The notes below the pieces were generated by a model, which saw only the letters and a list, made by a program, of their open reading frames with translations, did no database searches and was not told where the DNA came from. Made by a program: the position numbers and the translations under genes. Below, in pieces: positions 18,649 to 29,100 of a stretch of 64,000 nt of DNA; position 1 is the first letter of the stretch, and every line of letters begins with the position of its first letter. The DNA is from Cyanobacteria bacterium P01_A01_bin.123 (GTDB lineage Bacteria; Cyanobacteriota; Cyanobacteriia; Phormidesmidales; Phormidesmidaceae). Location of the stretch: the NCBI GenBank assembly GCA_039815185.1, contig JBCBZT010000021.1, positions 60,192 to 124,191 on the forward strand, in the 5' to 3' direction.

Positions 18649-18932
18649 AAGTCACCTCTAAAATCTACAACGCTCCATGGCAGATGTGTCTCAGCGCTCG
18701 ATGGCAGATAGCCTGATTGTCCGTAAGCTATGTTAATCAAGCCGAGACAACGCATTGAGCCTTGTAACGGGTACGTCAGGCTGCGCCATGACACTACAGC
18801 GTCGCCTATTAATGGCTACCGACTTAGCGCATAATGCAGAGTGCTATCAAACACTGCGGTCTATCTAGTTTGCCAGAGTTGAGGCGAGACTGACCTTGTC
18901 AATGCCCATAACTTCAAGCTTCGCTACATTTT

Positions 18933-19571
18933 TCAATCGACGACTTGAGACTGTTTGACCACATCCACTCGGGTTTCATATTCTGCTTCCAGTTCGGCGA
19001 GACGTAGGGCAAATTGGTCTTGGTAATGCTCAATGGTTTTAGCCAACTGTTGGTTATAGTCTTGCTTAAGCTGGGATTGCTTCGCTTGAATTTGCGCCAA
19101 TTTATTGGCGTAGCGCTTTTCATAGAGTTTCTGGAGACGATGGGCAACTTCTTTGAGCCGTTGGTTGTACTCTTCCTCAAGCGCTTTAACCTCAGGAGAT
19201 AATGACGCTGGAGGGTGCTCAGTTTGGGCAAGCTGATCTGAACCCGTAACTGCGATCGCAGGATTAGCTGCATCATGGTTCATCCCCAAAACAGATATGC
19301 GGGCTTCATATTCTTCCTGGAGCTGAGCATTACGCAGGGCAAGCTGATCTTGATAGTGCTCAATGGTTTCGGTCAGGCGGGCTTCATAGTTTTGCCGCAA
19401 ACGCTTCGTTGCCGAAGCCAAATGCTGATCATGACTTTTTGAAAGTTGTTGATTTTTATATTGAGCTTGCCTGAGCAAGGCTTTTTGACGACGATTTTGC
19501 TGCTGTTGCCACCCGTAAATTAAGGCTGCTACGACCAGTCCAATGAGCAATCCAATCAGTAGCCACGCCAT
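18933..19571 (-). CDS. Membrane-anchored coiled-coil protein with an internal duplication
   Basis: N-terminal TM helix; TIEHYQDQ(L/F)ALR.A.L..EYE.R occurs twice. Confidence 0.8.
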   Translation of the reverse strand: MAWLLIGLLIGLVVAALIYGWQQQQNRRQKALLRQAQYKNQQLSKSHDQHLASATKRLRQNYEARLTETIEHYQDQLALRNAQLQEEYEARISVLGMNHDAANPAIAVTGSDQLAQTEHPPASLSPEVKALEEEYNQRLKEVAHRLQKLYEKRYANKLAQIQAKQSQLKQDYNQQLAKTIEHYQDQFALRLAELEAEYETRVDVVKQSQVVD

Positions 19572-19645
19572 AAGCTCTATCCTCAGCCGATAATTGCCAG
19601 AATCATATCAAAGACTTTGGCAATGCGGAGAATCACGCGGCTGAT

Positions 19646-19676
19646 TGGGGGTGCATCACTAAACTATGCACCCCCA
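19646..19676 (-). terminator. Stem-loop downstream of map
   Basis: TGGGGGTGCAT / ATGCACCCCCA 11-bp stem. Confidence 0.6.
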
Positions 19677-19705
19677 TATCACGATGCCCCAATATCACAC
19701 CGAGC

Positions 19706-20500
19706 CTAGACGGCTACTTGAGCGGGCAACAGGGTTAAAACATCTACACCATTCTCAGTGACTGCAACGGTATGCTCAAACTGAGCTGATAGCTGGCGGT
19801 CGGCAGTCAACGCCGTCCAGGCGTCGCCCATGATCTCAACTTCATAGGTGCCTACATTGATCATCGGCTCAATGGTAAACACCATGCCTTTACGGAGTTT
19901 CTTGCCCTTACCTCGGGTACCGTAGTGAGGAATTTGCGGTGCCGTGTGGAAAGTGCGGTGTACCCCATGACCGACAAAATCGCGCACGACTGAAAACCCT
20001 TCCCCCTCTGCATAGGCTTGTATGGCTGCGCCAATATCGCCGATCCGAGCCCCGGGTTTGACTTCACGAATCCCTCGCCACATTGCTTCTTCAGTAACTT
20101 CCACCAATTTCTTGGCGCGGGGAGACGGGTTACCGACTAAAAACGTCCGCGACGTATCCCCGTGGAATCCTTCATAGAAGGGCGTTACATCAATGTTGAT
20201 AATGTCGCCATCTTTTAAGATTTGCTCAGCATTCGGAATGCCGTGACACACCACTTCATTAACGCTGGTACAAATCGATTTTGGGAATGGGGTTTCCTTG
20301 GGGCCATAACCCAACGGCGCACTGCGAGCCCCATGTTTCTGCGTCCATTGTTCCGCTGCGGTATCAAGTTCTAGCGTACTCACCCCTGGCTTCACCAGCG
20401 GAGTGAGATAATCTAGCAGCTTAGAGGCCAAATGACAGGCTCGCCGCATGGTTTCGATTTCGCGCTTAGAGAGCAGGGTGATGACTTCGCTTTGTTGCAC
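19706..20500 (-). CDS. map: Methionine aminopeptidase type I
   Basis: SVNEVVCHGIP, DIINIDVT, GDTSRT, GHGV..FH, TIEPM, AQFEHT; start uncertain (GTG 20500 chosen). Confidence 0.95.
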   Translation of the reverse strand: MQQSEVITLLSKREIETMRRACHLASKLLDYLTPLVKPGVSTLELDTAAEQWTQKHGARSAPLGYGPKETPFPKSICTSVNEVVCHGIPNAEQILKDGDIINIDVTPFYEGFHGDTSRTFLVGNPSPRAKKLVEVTEEAMWRGIREVKPGARIGDIGAAIQAYAEGEGFSVVRDFVGHGVHRTFHTAPQIPHYGTRGKGKKLRKGMVFTIEPMINVGTYEVEIMGDAWTALTADRQLSAQFEHTVAVTENGVDVLTLLPAQVAV

Positions 20501-20668
20501 GGGTTCTGCTGGGTGATAAATGGTTGATCTAATTTCTAGGGTAACGTTGCCAAGCTCACTATTTTTCTGAAATTTCAAACAAAATCATTCTTAGCCCCGA
20601 TCAAATCCATTGCATACCGATCTGAAACCCTAACGAGGTTGCTTTAAAGGTATCAAGGGTTACCTGAG

Positions 20669-20740
20669 CCGCCCCCCTGCCCCCCCATTCTGGAGGGTTC
20701 TGGAGTTCAAAGTCTCCCAGAAGTGGGATTTAGGGGGCGA
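20669..20740. repeat. Cyanobacterial small dispersed palindromic repeat
   Basis: cgcccccctgcccccccattctggaggg..aaagtctcccagaagtgggatttagggggcg; a possible degenerate relative lies at ~2797-2827. Confidence 0.6.
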
Positions 20741-20846
20741 ATGCAGCACATTTGCGACTTTTCATACAGCCTCTAAATAGTCTGGAAACCAGGCAACACT
20801 AATCCAAACTCTAAACTCTAAAATTGGCACCATTCAAGGCAAACCT

Positions 20847-21770
20847 ATGGCCCTCTTTGACTTATCTCGCCTCTTAGTCATCGGTATTTCTTCACGCGCA
20901 CTCTTTGATTTGGAAGAAGAAGCCAAAGTGTATGACGAACAAGGGCTAGAGCCTTATATCCAGTATCAGCTTGAACATGAAGACAAAATTCTGCTGCCAG
21001 GTACGGCATTCCCTTTGGTTCAGGGGCTGTTGTCGGTCAATCAGCACCAGTCTGAGCGATTGGTTGAAGTGATTATCATGTCGCGCAATAGTCCAGACAC
21101 GGGGTTGCGGATTTTTAATTCTATTAAGCACTACAACCTTGATATCACCAGAGCTGCCCTCAGCGGGGGTGAACCGCTAGCCCCCTATTTAGAGGCGTTT
21201 GCGGTGGATTTATTTTTGTCAAAATCAAAATCCGATGTGCAGGCGTCGATTGATGCTGGGGTGGCGGCAGCGCTGCTCTACGACCCGCCAAATCTCACTC
21301 CCCAGGCTGTGGATCAAGTCCGCATTGCCTTTGATGCTGATTCCGTTTTATTTTCAGAAGAATCAGAGGCGATTTATCAAAGCAAAGGACTAGAGGCGTT
21401 TTATGAAAATGAACGCAAAAATGCCAACAAACCCCTCCAGGAAGGGCCATTTGCCAAGCTACTCAAAACCCTGAGTGTGATTCAACAGAGTTTTGATCAG
21501 GCAAATTCACCAGTCCGCATCGCCATCGTCACGGCCCGTAGCAGTCCTGCCCACGAACGGGTGATTAATACCCTTAGAGCCTGGGGCGTGCGGGTAGACG
21601 CAGCTTTTTTTCTGGGAGGTGTGTCAAAAGATAAGGTGCTGAAAGCTTTTGGTGCTCAAATCTTCTTTGATGATCAGGAAGTGCATTTAGGCTTGGCTTC
21701 AGCCGTGGTTCCTTCCGGGCTCGTCCCCTACCGTACGGATTCGGTACTGCATCAACCCACAGATCCTTAG
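20847..21770 (+). CDS. 5'-nucleotidase family protein
   Basis: LVIGISSRALF, SRNSPDTG, RIAFDADSVLF, VTARS.PAHER, IFFDDQ. Confidence 0.9.
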   Translation: MALFDLSRLLVIGISSRALFDLEEEAKVYDEQGLEPYIQYQLEHEDKILLPGTAFPLVQGLLSVNQHQSERLVEVIIMSRNSPDTGLRIFNSIKHYNLDITRAALSGGEPLAPYLEAFAVDLFLSKSKSDVQASIDAGVAAALLYDPPNLTPQAVDQVRIAFDADSVLFSEESEAIYQSKGLEAFYENERKNANKPLQEGPFAKLLKTLSVIQQSFDQANSPVRIAIVTARSSPAHERVINTLRAWGVRVDAAFFLGGVSKDKVLKAFGAQIFFDDQEVHLGLASAVVPSGLVPYRTDSVLHQPTDP

Positions 21771-21844
21771 GCGTCTGCCAATCTCATCTAGACAGACATA
21801 GCTTTGCCCCTTAAGTAACCTGTCGTAGTGCTCTTGAAAGATTC

Positions 21845-22711
21845 TTAGCGTCGAACGTGATGCAATCTACCATTGCGGATTTGAACTACAGGATGATTGG
21901 ACATCCGCACTAAATGTTCATCATGGGTGGTTACGATCACTGTGATGCCAATGGAGTTGAGCTTCTTCAGAATTTTGATCACCTGCATTGAGTTGTCAGA
22001 ATCTAAATTGCCTGTAGGTTCATCAGCCAGCAGTAGCGGCGGTGTGCTGACCACTGCACGGGCAATGCTGACCCGTTGCTGCTCGCCCCCAGACAGCTGC
22101 TCTGGGAAACATTGGGCTTTCCCTTGCAGGCCAACCATTTTCAGCGTTGGCCAGAGGCGACGGTTGATTTCTTTGCGGGTGAAGCCCTGAGCCCATAGGA
22201 CAAAGGCCACGTTCTCGGATACTGTCCGGCGGGGAATGAGTTTGTAGTCTTGAAAGACCACGCCAATACGTCGCCGTAGATGGGCCAAGCGATCGCCGTA
22301 TAAATTGGAAACCTGAACATCGTTTACGACTACTTCCCCAGAAGTCGGACGCTCTTGGCCGTACAGCAGCTTGAGCAAGGTTGATTTCCCTGACCCAGAA
22401 GGCCCCGTTACGAACAAGAAGTCACCCCGCTTCACCTGCAGGCTGACGTTTGTCAAAGCCTGAACGCCATTTGAATAGGTTTTGCTGATGCTGCGTAACG
22501 ATACGGTGGTGGCAGCAGTGGCAGCTGCTTCTACGGACTTTGGAGCGGCGGCGTCTACGGGCTTTGGAGCGACGGCGTCTACGGGCTTTGGGGTTGAAGA
22601 CGTTTCTTCAGGATGGGAGGTGACCATCTGTAAGCGATCGCGCAACAGCGTCCGAACATCGCTGGGAAGCTGGGCAAAGTTGTTGTTAGGTTGGGGGGCA
22701 ACAAACGTCAT
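21845..22711 (-). CDS. ftsE: Cell-division ATP-binding protein FtsE
   Basis: [43 protein letters not shown]-terminal PKPVDA repeats. Confidence 0.9.
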   Translation of the reverse strand: MTFVAPQPNNNFAQLPSDVRTLLRDRLQMVTSHPEETSSTPKPVDAVAPKPVDAAAPKSVEAAATAATTVSLRSISKTYSNGVQALTNVSLQVKRGDFLFVTGPSGSGKSTLLKLLYGQERPTSGEVVVNDVQVSNLYGDRLAHLRRRIGVVFQDYKLIPRRTVSENVAFVLWAQGFTRKEINRRLWPTLKMVGLQGKAQCFPEQLSGGEQQRVSIARAVVSTPPLLLADEPTGNLDSDNSMQVIKILKKLNSIGITVIVTTHDEHLVRMSNHPVVQIRNGRLHHVRR

Positions 22712-22859
22712 AGAACTACCTATGGGGCAAGACTTAAGCAAACGGAACGGTTCGGTACATCGGAAGAATTAAGTATTGTAAAGTTTTTTGTTGATGTTAC
22801 TGAGGCAACATTCTACTCGACATTGGCGACATAACAATCTCCAATCCAAAAATCAAATA

Positions 22860-22901
22860 AATCGCAACAGGAACGCTATCGATAGCGTTCCTGTTGCGAT
22901 T
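22860..22901 (-). terminator. 42-bp perfect palindrome, likely terminator of the WecB/TagA gene
   Basis: AATCGCAACAGGAACGCTATC|GATAGCGTTCCTGTTGCGATT, with a T-rich tail on the minus strand. Confidence 0.75.
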
Positions 22902-22931
22902 CTAAAGCTACATGTGGCGAGAGTGGATGAT

Positions 22932-23681
22932 CTATTCTGGCTTTTGGGGATAAGTCAGGGCTCTCCAGGCAAACTTTGGTAAAGCCAGCATGCGTCGCCA
23001 GCGCCAGGGTTCTTGATAGAGGCGATAGAGCCATTCCAGGTTGTTGTTACAAAACCAAGCGGGAGCTCGTTGTTTAACCCCGGCCCAAATATCAAAGCTG
23101 CCGCCGACCCCGACCCAAATGGAATGGGGGCAAAGGGAGCGATGTTCGGCGATCCAAAATTCTTGGCGGGGAACGCCTAAGCCAACAAAAATCAGACTCG
23201 GTTGTTGGTCGCGCAACTGCTGCTGAAAAGCAGGTTGATCTTCAGCACTGAGATAGCCATTTTGTACCCCAGTAATTGTCAGATTGGGCAATTGAGTCTG
23301 CCAGCGATCGCGGGCTGTTTCAGCCACGCCTGGTGCCCCACCATAGAAAAATACGGATTCCTGAGGCAAACAGTGCTTGAGCAAATCTGCTGCTAGCTCA
23401 ATACCCGGATAGCGATGTAGGCGTTGCCCTTTGAGGCGAAAATACAACACGACTCCAGCCCCATCGGGAATCACCAGTTCTGCCTGTTGAATCAACCGCT
23501 TCAACCCCAGATTGTGATCTGCCTGCATCGACATTTCTGCATTGAGGGTAACGACATGACTCCCCTGCCCCCGCCGGAGCCGCGCCAACAGCCAGGTCGC
23601 GTAGTCAGCTCCATAATGCACGGGCAAATTCATGACTCGGAGTTGAGCTAGCGTATCTGGCTCCATCATGGTTCTCCTCAA
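22932..23681 (-). CDS. WecB/TagA/CpsF glycosyltransferase
   Basis: VVTLNAE, IPDGAGV, VGLGVPRQE, GVGGSFD, RAP, LEWLYRL..EPWRWRR. Confidence 0.94.
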   Translation of the reverse strand: MRRTMMEPDTLAQLRVMNLPVHYGADYATWLLARLRRGQGSHVVTLNAEMSMQADHNLGLKRLIQQAELVIPDGAGVVLYFRLKGQRLHRYPGIELAADLLKHCLPQESVFFYGGAPGVAETARDRWQTQLPNLTITGVQNGYLSAEDQPAFQQQLRDQQPSLIFVGLGVPRQEFWIAEHRSLCPHSIWVGVGGSFDIWAGVKQRAPAWFCNNNLEWLYRLYQEPWRWRRMLALPKFAWRALTYPQKPE

Positions 23682-23797
23682 ATACCCCTCTGTCCTTCAC
23701 AAAGGTAACTCTGATCACTACTGAACTACTCCTGAACCCCCCTCACCGGATTCGAATCAAAGCGTCCAAGCCCCTGTCGACTCACAGTCGCCGACCA

Positions 23798-24715
23798 TCA
23801 AGGTAATTCTACCGAGGTTGGCTTAGCAATATGGGGCAGGCCCCAACCTAGCTTTTCTCGTAAGACTTTAAAGAATTCAGGGGGGTGTAACCGAATGAAT
23901 TTGGCCGAATAGCGCGATCGCTTGACAATCACCAAATCCTCTGGGGTAACGTAGCATCCTGCGTTGCCATCCACCACCATCACCAGTTGGTCGGGATTGG
24001 CCGAGGCAATGGCAATCGGTTCTGATTCGGGAAACACCAGGCCACGAGAGGCCAGGGAATGGGGACAAATGGGAATCAACTGCATCACCGGGACCCCCGG
24101 TGTAATCACTGGCCCCCCTGCAGACAGCGAATAGGCGGTTGATCCGGTCGGCGTTGAAATGATAATCCCATCGGCTGCAATATCCACCGGGGCATGACGA
24201 CCCACCGCGACTTCAAAATGGCACATGCTGGTCAACGGTTCCCGGTGCAGTACCATTTCGTTGAGACACAGCGCCTCCCACATCAAGCTGTCTTTGTGGA
24301 AAAGCTGCACTGCCATCATCGCCCGTTCTTCAATCTCGTACTGGTTTTTGAGGACGGTATCAATCACTTGAGGCAGCTGATTGACATAGGCTTCAGTTAA
24401 AAAGCCCATGTGTCCTGTGTTGATCGTGAGCAGCGGAATATCAGCCGGGGCCACCTGCCGAAATGCTGATAGCACTGTACCGTCACCCCCCAGCACCACG
24501 GCAAACGCCATGTCGTCGTCAAAATCCTGCGGTACCAAACTATCGATCGGGGTATGACACACGGGTCGATTGGGACTGGAATAGCCCAACAGTCCACCGA
24601 CCCCTGTCGCAATACAGACCTGATAACCGTGGTCGCTGAATTTCTTGATGAGGTCTTCAGCTACCTGACAAGCTACAGGCTTTATATCGTTGTAGATGAT
24701 GCCAACCTTCGGCAC
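23798..24715 (-). CDS. nadK: NAD(+) kinase
   Basis: [29 protein letters not shown]. Confidence 0.95.
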   Translation of the reverse strand: MPKVGIIYNDIKPVACQVAEDLIKKFSDHGYQVCIATGVGGLLGYSSPNRPVCHTPIDSLVPQDFDDDMAFAVVLGGDGTVLSAFRQVAPADIPLLTINTGHMGFLTEAYVNQLPQVIDTVLKNQYEIEERAMMAVQLFHKDSLMWEALCLNEMVLHREPLTSMCHFEVAVGRHAPVDIAADGIIISTPTGSTAYSLSAGGPVITPGVPVMQLIPICPHSLASRGLVFPESEPIAIASANPDQLVMVVDGNAGCYVTPEDLVIVKRSRYSAKFIRLHPPEFFKVLREKLGWGLPHIAKPTSVELP

Positions 24716-25055
24716 GTACTGTTTCCGAATGAGAGTAGAAATACGAAATTCAAAAACGCCAAAACCTGCCTCGGTTACATCTACGCATAACCCATTGCTG
24801 GGAAACTATGACGCCAAAACAGAGGTGCGCTTTTTCATTAGGCTACCGCATTTTTGAACGCCCCTTGGTTCTGGAGGGGGGCTTAATTTAGAGACAATCG
24901 CTGGCAAATCTGTCACCAATTCACCATAGATGGGGTAGATCTGTCAGCCCAGTCCCGTTATGGTGGCTATTAAGTCCAAGCCGTTAACGGCCAAGCTGAT
25001 TGGCTTTAGATCGTTTCCAGTCCCGTTTATTGCTTGCCCTTCGCCATCGCTGTCG

Positions 25056-25319
25056 ATGCCTACTAAGCGTTTACCTGAAACCACTGCTTACGTTCGAATC
25101 ACCCACCAATCTTGGCAAAACGGTAACCTCGAGGGAGAAGTACGCGCCAACGACTACGAGTGGCACTTTAAGTGGCGCTTTCGTAAGGGTCAGCTCAAAA
25201 TCGAGCCGTCCTTAGGCAGAGCTTTAATTCAAGAACCTTTGGGGCGGTTTTTAGAGCGATTTGATTACCAGCTGGAACCGGGCGGCGATTATTCCTTCAC
25301 GATTCGTGCCCAGCTGTAG
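25056..25319 (+). CDS. DUF3146 family protein
   Basis: LPETTAYVRIT..PSLGRALI.EPL.RFLE..DYQLEPGGDY. Confidence 0.8.
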   Translation: MPTKRLPETTAYVRITHQSWQNGNLEGEVRANDYEWHFKWRFRKGQLKIEPSLGRALIQEPLGRFLERFDYQLEPGGDYSFTIRAQL

Positions 25320-25342
25320 GGTCATCTTTCAATCTGCCGCAG

Positions 25343-25783
25343 TCAATCGAGCGCCGTCAATCGAGTCAAATACCGCTCGATTAATAGCATCGCCACAATG
25401 TCATCAATTGGGCAGGGGGGAGTTCGCATGCCCTCGGGTAGCAGCCGTAGCCATCCCTGAGGCGGGTGCAGTTGCCAGTAGCGATCGCGGGCTTCCAGGC
25501 TGCTGTATCGTTCATCTACCAAAATGACGCGGGGTGCGTTGGGCAAGGTACTGATCTGCTTTTGCCATTGTGGCGCAGTGGTTTGGTCGCCCATCACCAC
25601 CATCGAAATCGGGAACTGCTGGCATAAGCCTTGCACCTGACTCAAGACATCTCCAGCGTTGACAACGGCTCGATAGCACAGGGTACGATCGACGCCCATA
25701 ATCGCTAATCCACATTTATCTCGACCTGGATCAAACCCCAAAATGACCGGTTGACGCAACGGTTCAGCAGCAGTAAACGACAC
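25343..25783 (-). CDS. YqgF/RuvX-family nuclease
   Basis: ILGFDPGRDKCG, VDERYSS.EA, IDDIVA. Confidence 0.88.
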   Translation of the reverse strand: MSFTAAEPLRQPVILGFDPGRDKCGLAIMGVDRTLCYRAVVNAGDVLSQVQGLCQQFPISMVVMGDQTTAPQWQKQISTLPNAPRVILVDERYSSLEARDRYWQLHPPQGWLRLLPEGMRTPPCPIDDIVAMLLIERYLTRLTALD

Positions 25784-26121
25784 AAAACCCCACTCATAAC
25801 AAAACAGCTAACAAACAGCCTCAAGCTCAATTATTGCCTGAATCAAAGTCAAGCTTGGTTAGCAATGAGACCAAGGGGGCACTGAAGACACCAGAAGACA
25901 GCAGGTAAGGGCTAGGCACGAATCCCTGGTTTAGAGTCTGAATCATGGATTCTCCAGTCTGAATACGCATGTCTCACTTTGGCCCAATTTTCTTTAGATA
26001 CCGTAAGATTTGAGGGAAATTAGCGCGATCGCCGGGATTTTTTGCTAGAAATACAGCTTAAATGTTATCTTGAATGGTACATATGTATGCACCCTTATGC
26101 CCCATGGGGCTAGGCTAGCCA

Positions 26122-29100
26122 GTGCACGTTAAAAGCGTCGAGCTGTCTCACTTCAAATCGTTCGGGGGGACAACCCGGATACCGTTGCTGTCAGGCTTTA
26201 CCGTCATTTCTGGCCCCAATGGTTCCGGCAAATCGAACATTTTAGATGCGCTCTTGTTTGCCTTGGGGTTATCTAGCTCTAAGGGGATGCGGGCTGAACG
26301 TCTGCCCGATTTGGTCAATCAAAATCAAAGCAGCCGTCGCTCCACGGTGGAAGCTAGTGTGACGGTGGTGTTTGACATTAGTGATGTCGGTGAGGCGTTA
26401 CTGCGCGAAGAGGCCGATGATGCATTGCCCTTGGCCTATGGTGAAAACGGGAATGGAGCGCCGACTAACGGCAATGGCCATCAGCCTCGGGAAGATGCTA
26501 GCCAAAATGGGCATGCCAAAAATGGACATGGGTCAAATGAAAATGGCGTCGGCAACGGGAATGGCCATGGTGTCGCAACCCTAGAAAATATTGTCCCTTT
26601 GCCCAAGGAGTGGAGCGTGACCCGACGATTGCGGGTGACAGCTCAAGGTACCTACACCTCAAATTATTACATCAACGGCGAAGCCTGCACCTTGGGCGAT
26701 CTCCATGAGCAACTCCAGCGGTTTCGGATCTACCCCGAAGGCTATAACGTTGTGCTACAGGGGGATGTCACTAGCATCATTTCTATGAACTCGCGTGAAC
26801 GGCGAGAAATTATTGACGAACTGGCTGGGGTCGCTGCCTTTGATCGCAAAATTGACCAGGCTAAACAAAAGTTGGATGCCGTCAAAGATCGAGAAGAGCG
26901 CTTCCGGATTGTCGAGCGTGAACTGATTGCCCAGTTGGAAAAACTGGCCTTAGACCGTCAAAAAGCTGAGAAATACCAAAAGCTCAAGACCAAGCTCCAA
27001 GAACAAACGGTTTGGGAAATCGTATTGGCTTGGCAAGAACAGCAGAGAATCGTGCAGCGGTTAATGGCGCAAATTGCAGCGGGCGATCGCCAGACAGCTA
27101 CGTTTACGGAAAACATTCAGACCCTGACTGAAACCATTCAGCAGGCTACGGCAGTCCTGGAAATCCTCAACGCAAAAGTTAAAGCCCTAGGCGAAGACGA
27201 TCATCTGGCGCTCCAGGCTAAGCTAGCTACCCAAGAAGCGGAACTGCGACAGCTGCAAAGGCAAGACGGCGAGTTAACGGCAGCCAGCCGCACCCTAGCA
27301 GAACAGTTGCAAGAAACCCAGCGGGCCACTCAAACCCACACCCAAGATTTGCACCAACTCGATCAGCAACTGGCCCAGCTGCAAGGGAAAGAATTGACAG
27401 CGCTGCAACAGGCTTACCAAGAGGCTCAGCAAACCCTAGAGCGAAGTCGGGAAGCTGCCAGTGAGATTGCCGATGCGTCTCAAAGTTGGGTGCAGGCCCA
27501 AACCCAACTACGCCACGAGATTGAAACCCTACGTCAAACCCTCGATCCCCAGCGGGCCGAACAGGTGCGCCTGCAAGAGCGCACTGCCCAGCTTGAGCAT
27601 CAAATTCAGCAGCAGGTTGAAGCCCTAGACGCGATCGCCGCAGAGATGCCTGAAACGGGCCTTGGCCCTTTTTCGGCAACGGGGTTAGAAGATGCCCAAG
27701 CGCAGGTGCAAAAACTGGCCCAAGCCGTCTCAGAGACCGAAGCCGAACTTAACACCCAGCGTCAAACCCAAACCCGGCTAATCCAAGAACAGCGAGACAA
27801 GCAGCGGCAGCTTGACAAGCTCGAAGCTCAGGTTCAAGCGATGCAAGAAAGCCAGGGAACTCAAGCCACCAAAGTACTGCTAGATCAGGGTTTACCTGGT
27901 ATCTGTGGTTTGGTGGCCGAACTCGGCAAGGTTGATCCGCGCTTTCAGTTGGCCTTAGAAATTGCTGCCGGCTCTCGCCTGGGTTACCTTGTGGTCGAAG
28001 ATGACCGGGTTGCTGCCAGCGGCATTCAACTGTTGAAGCAAAGGCGGGCAGGGCGAGCTACCTTTTTGCCCCTCAACGCCATCCGTCCGCCCCGGTTTAA
28101 GCCTCTGGAGGCTTGGAAGCGCCCCGGTGGTTTTGTAGACTATGCCGTTAATTTGATCGACTGCGAACCCGCTTATCAAACCGTCTTTGCCTATGTGTTC
28201 GGCAGTACTGTGGTGTTTGAAACCCTGGGTGATGCCCGTCAAAACCTGGGTCAGTTTCGCATGGTCACCCTCGATGGGGAAATTTTAGAAACCAGTGGAG
28301 CGATGACCGGGGGTAGCATGCTCAACCGTCAGGGGCGACTCCACTTTGGCACTGTGGAGGCAGGCGAATCTCAAGAAGCAATCGCCCTGCGGCAGCGCCT
28401 CCAGGAAATCGACCAGATTTTAGACCGCTGTACCCGCACCATCGCTACCCTGACTGAAACAGCCCAGACCCAGGGCCAAGCCTTAATCGACGCCCGTCAG
28501 CACCACCGCGAACTGCAACTCCACAGCCAACAGTTTGAAACCCAACTCCAGCAACAGCTCAAACGCCAAACCCAAGCTGAACAGCAGCGCCAGCAGTATC
28601 AGCAAGAACTTACCGCTGCTCAAACCCGTCTCCAGTCGTTGGTTCAGACGCTTCCTGCTTTAGAAACCCAACTGAGCGAGCAACAGCAGGCGCTAGCTGA
28701 TTTAGAACAGTCCCAGACCCACAGTGAGTGGCAGCAAGCCCAGGTCAAGATTCGCGCCCTGGAAGCTCAAGTGAGTGAACACCAACAGGCCCTCCAAGCT
28801 GCTCGACAAAGGCTACAAACGATGCAAAGCCAGCAGCAACGACTGCAAGAGAAAATTCAGCAATCCCAAGCCCAACTCGAAACGGGACGGCAAACCCAGC
28901 AAGCCCAGATTAATCAGCAGGCAGATTTGCATCAGCAGCAAACGGCCCTGACCCAAAAAATTACCCAAACTCAAGCCGCGATCGCAGAGTTGGATCAAAC
29001 CTTAGCGGCAGAAAAAAATAACCGCGATCGCGCAGAACGGGAACTCAAACAGCACCAAGTCAACCTGCAACAGCTTGAATGGGAACAGCAAAAGCTACAA

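Noticed and set aside
23735..23765. GGATTCGAA as a tRNA T-loop remnant
   Set aside because: No cloverleaf can be built
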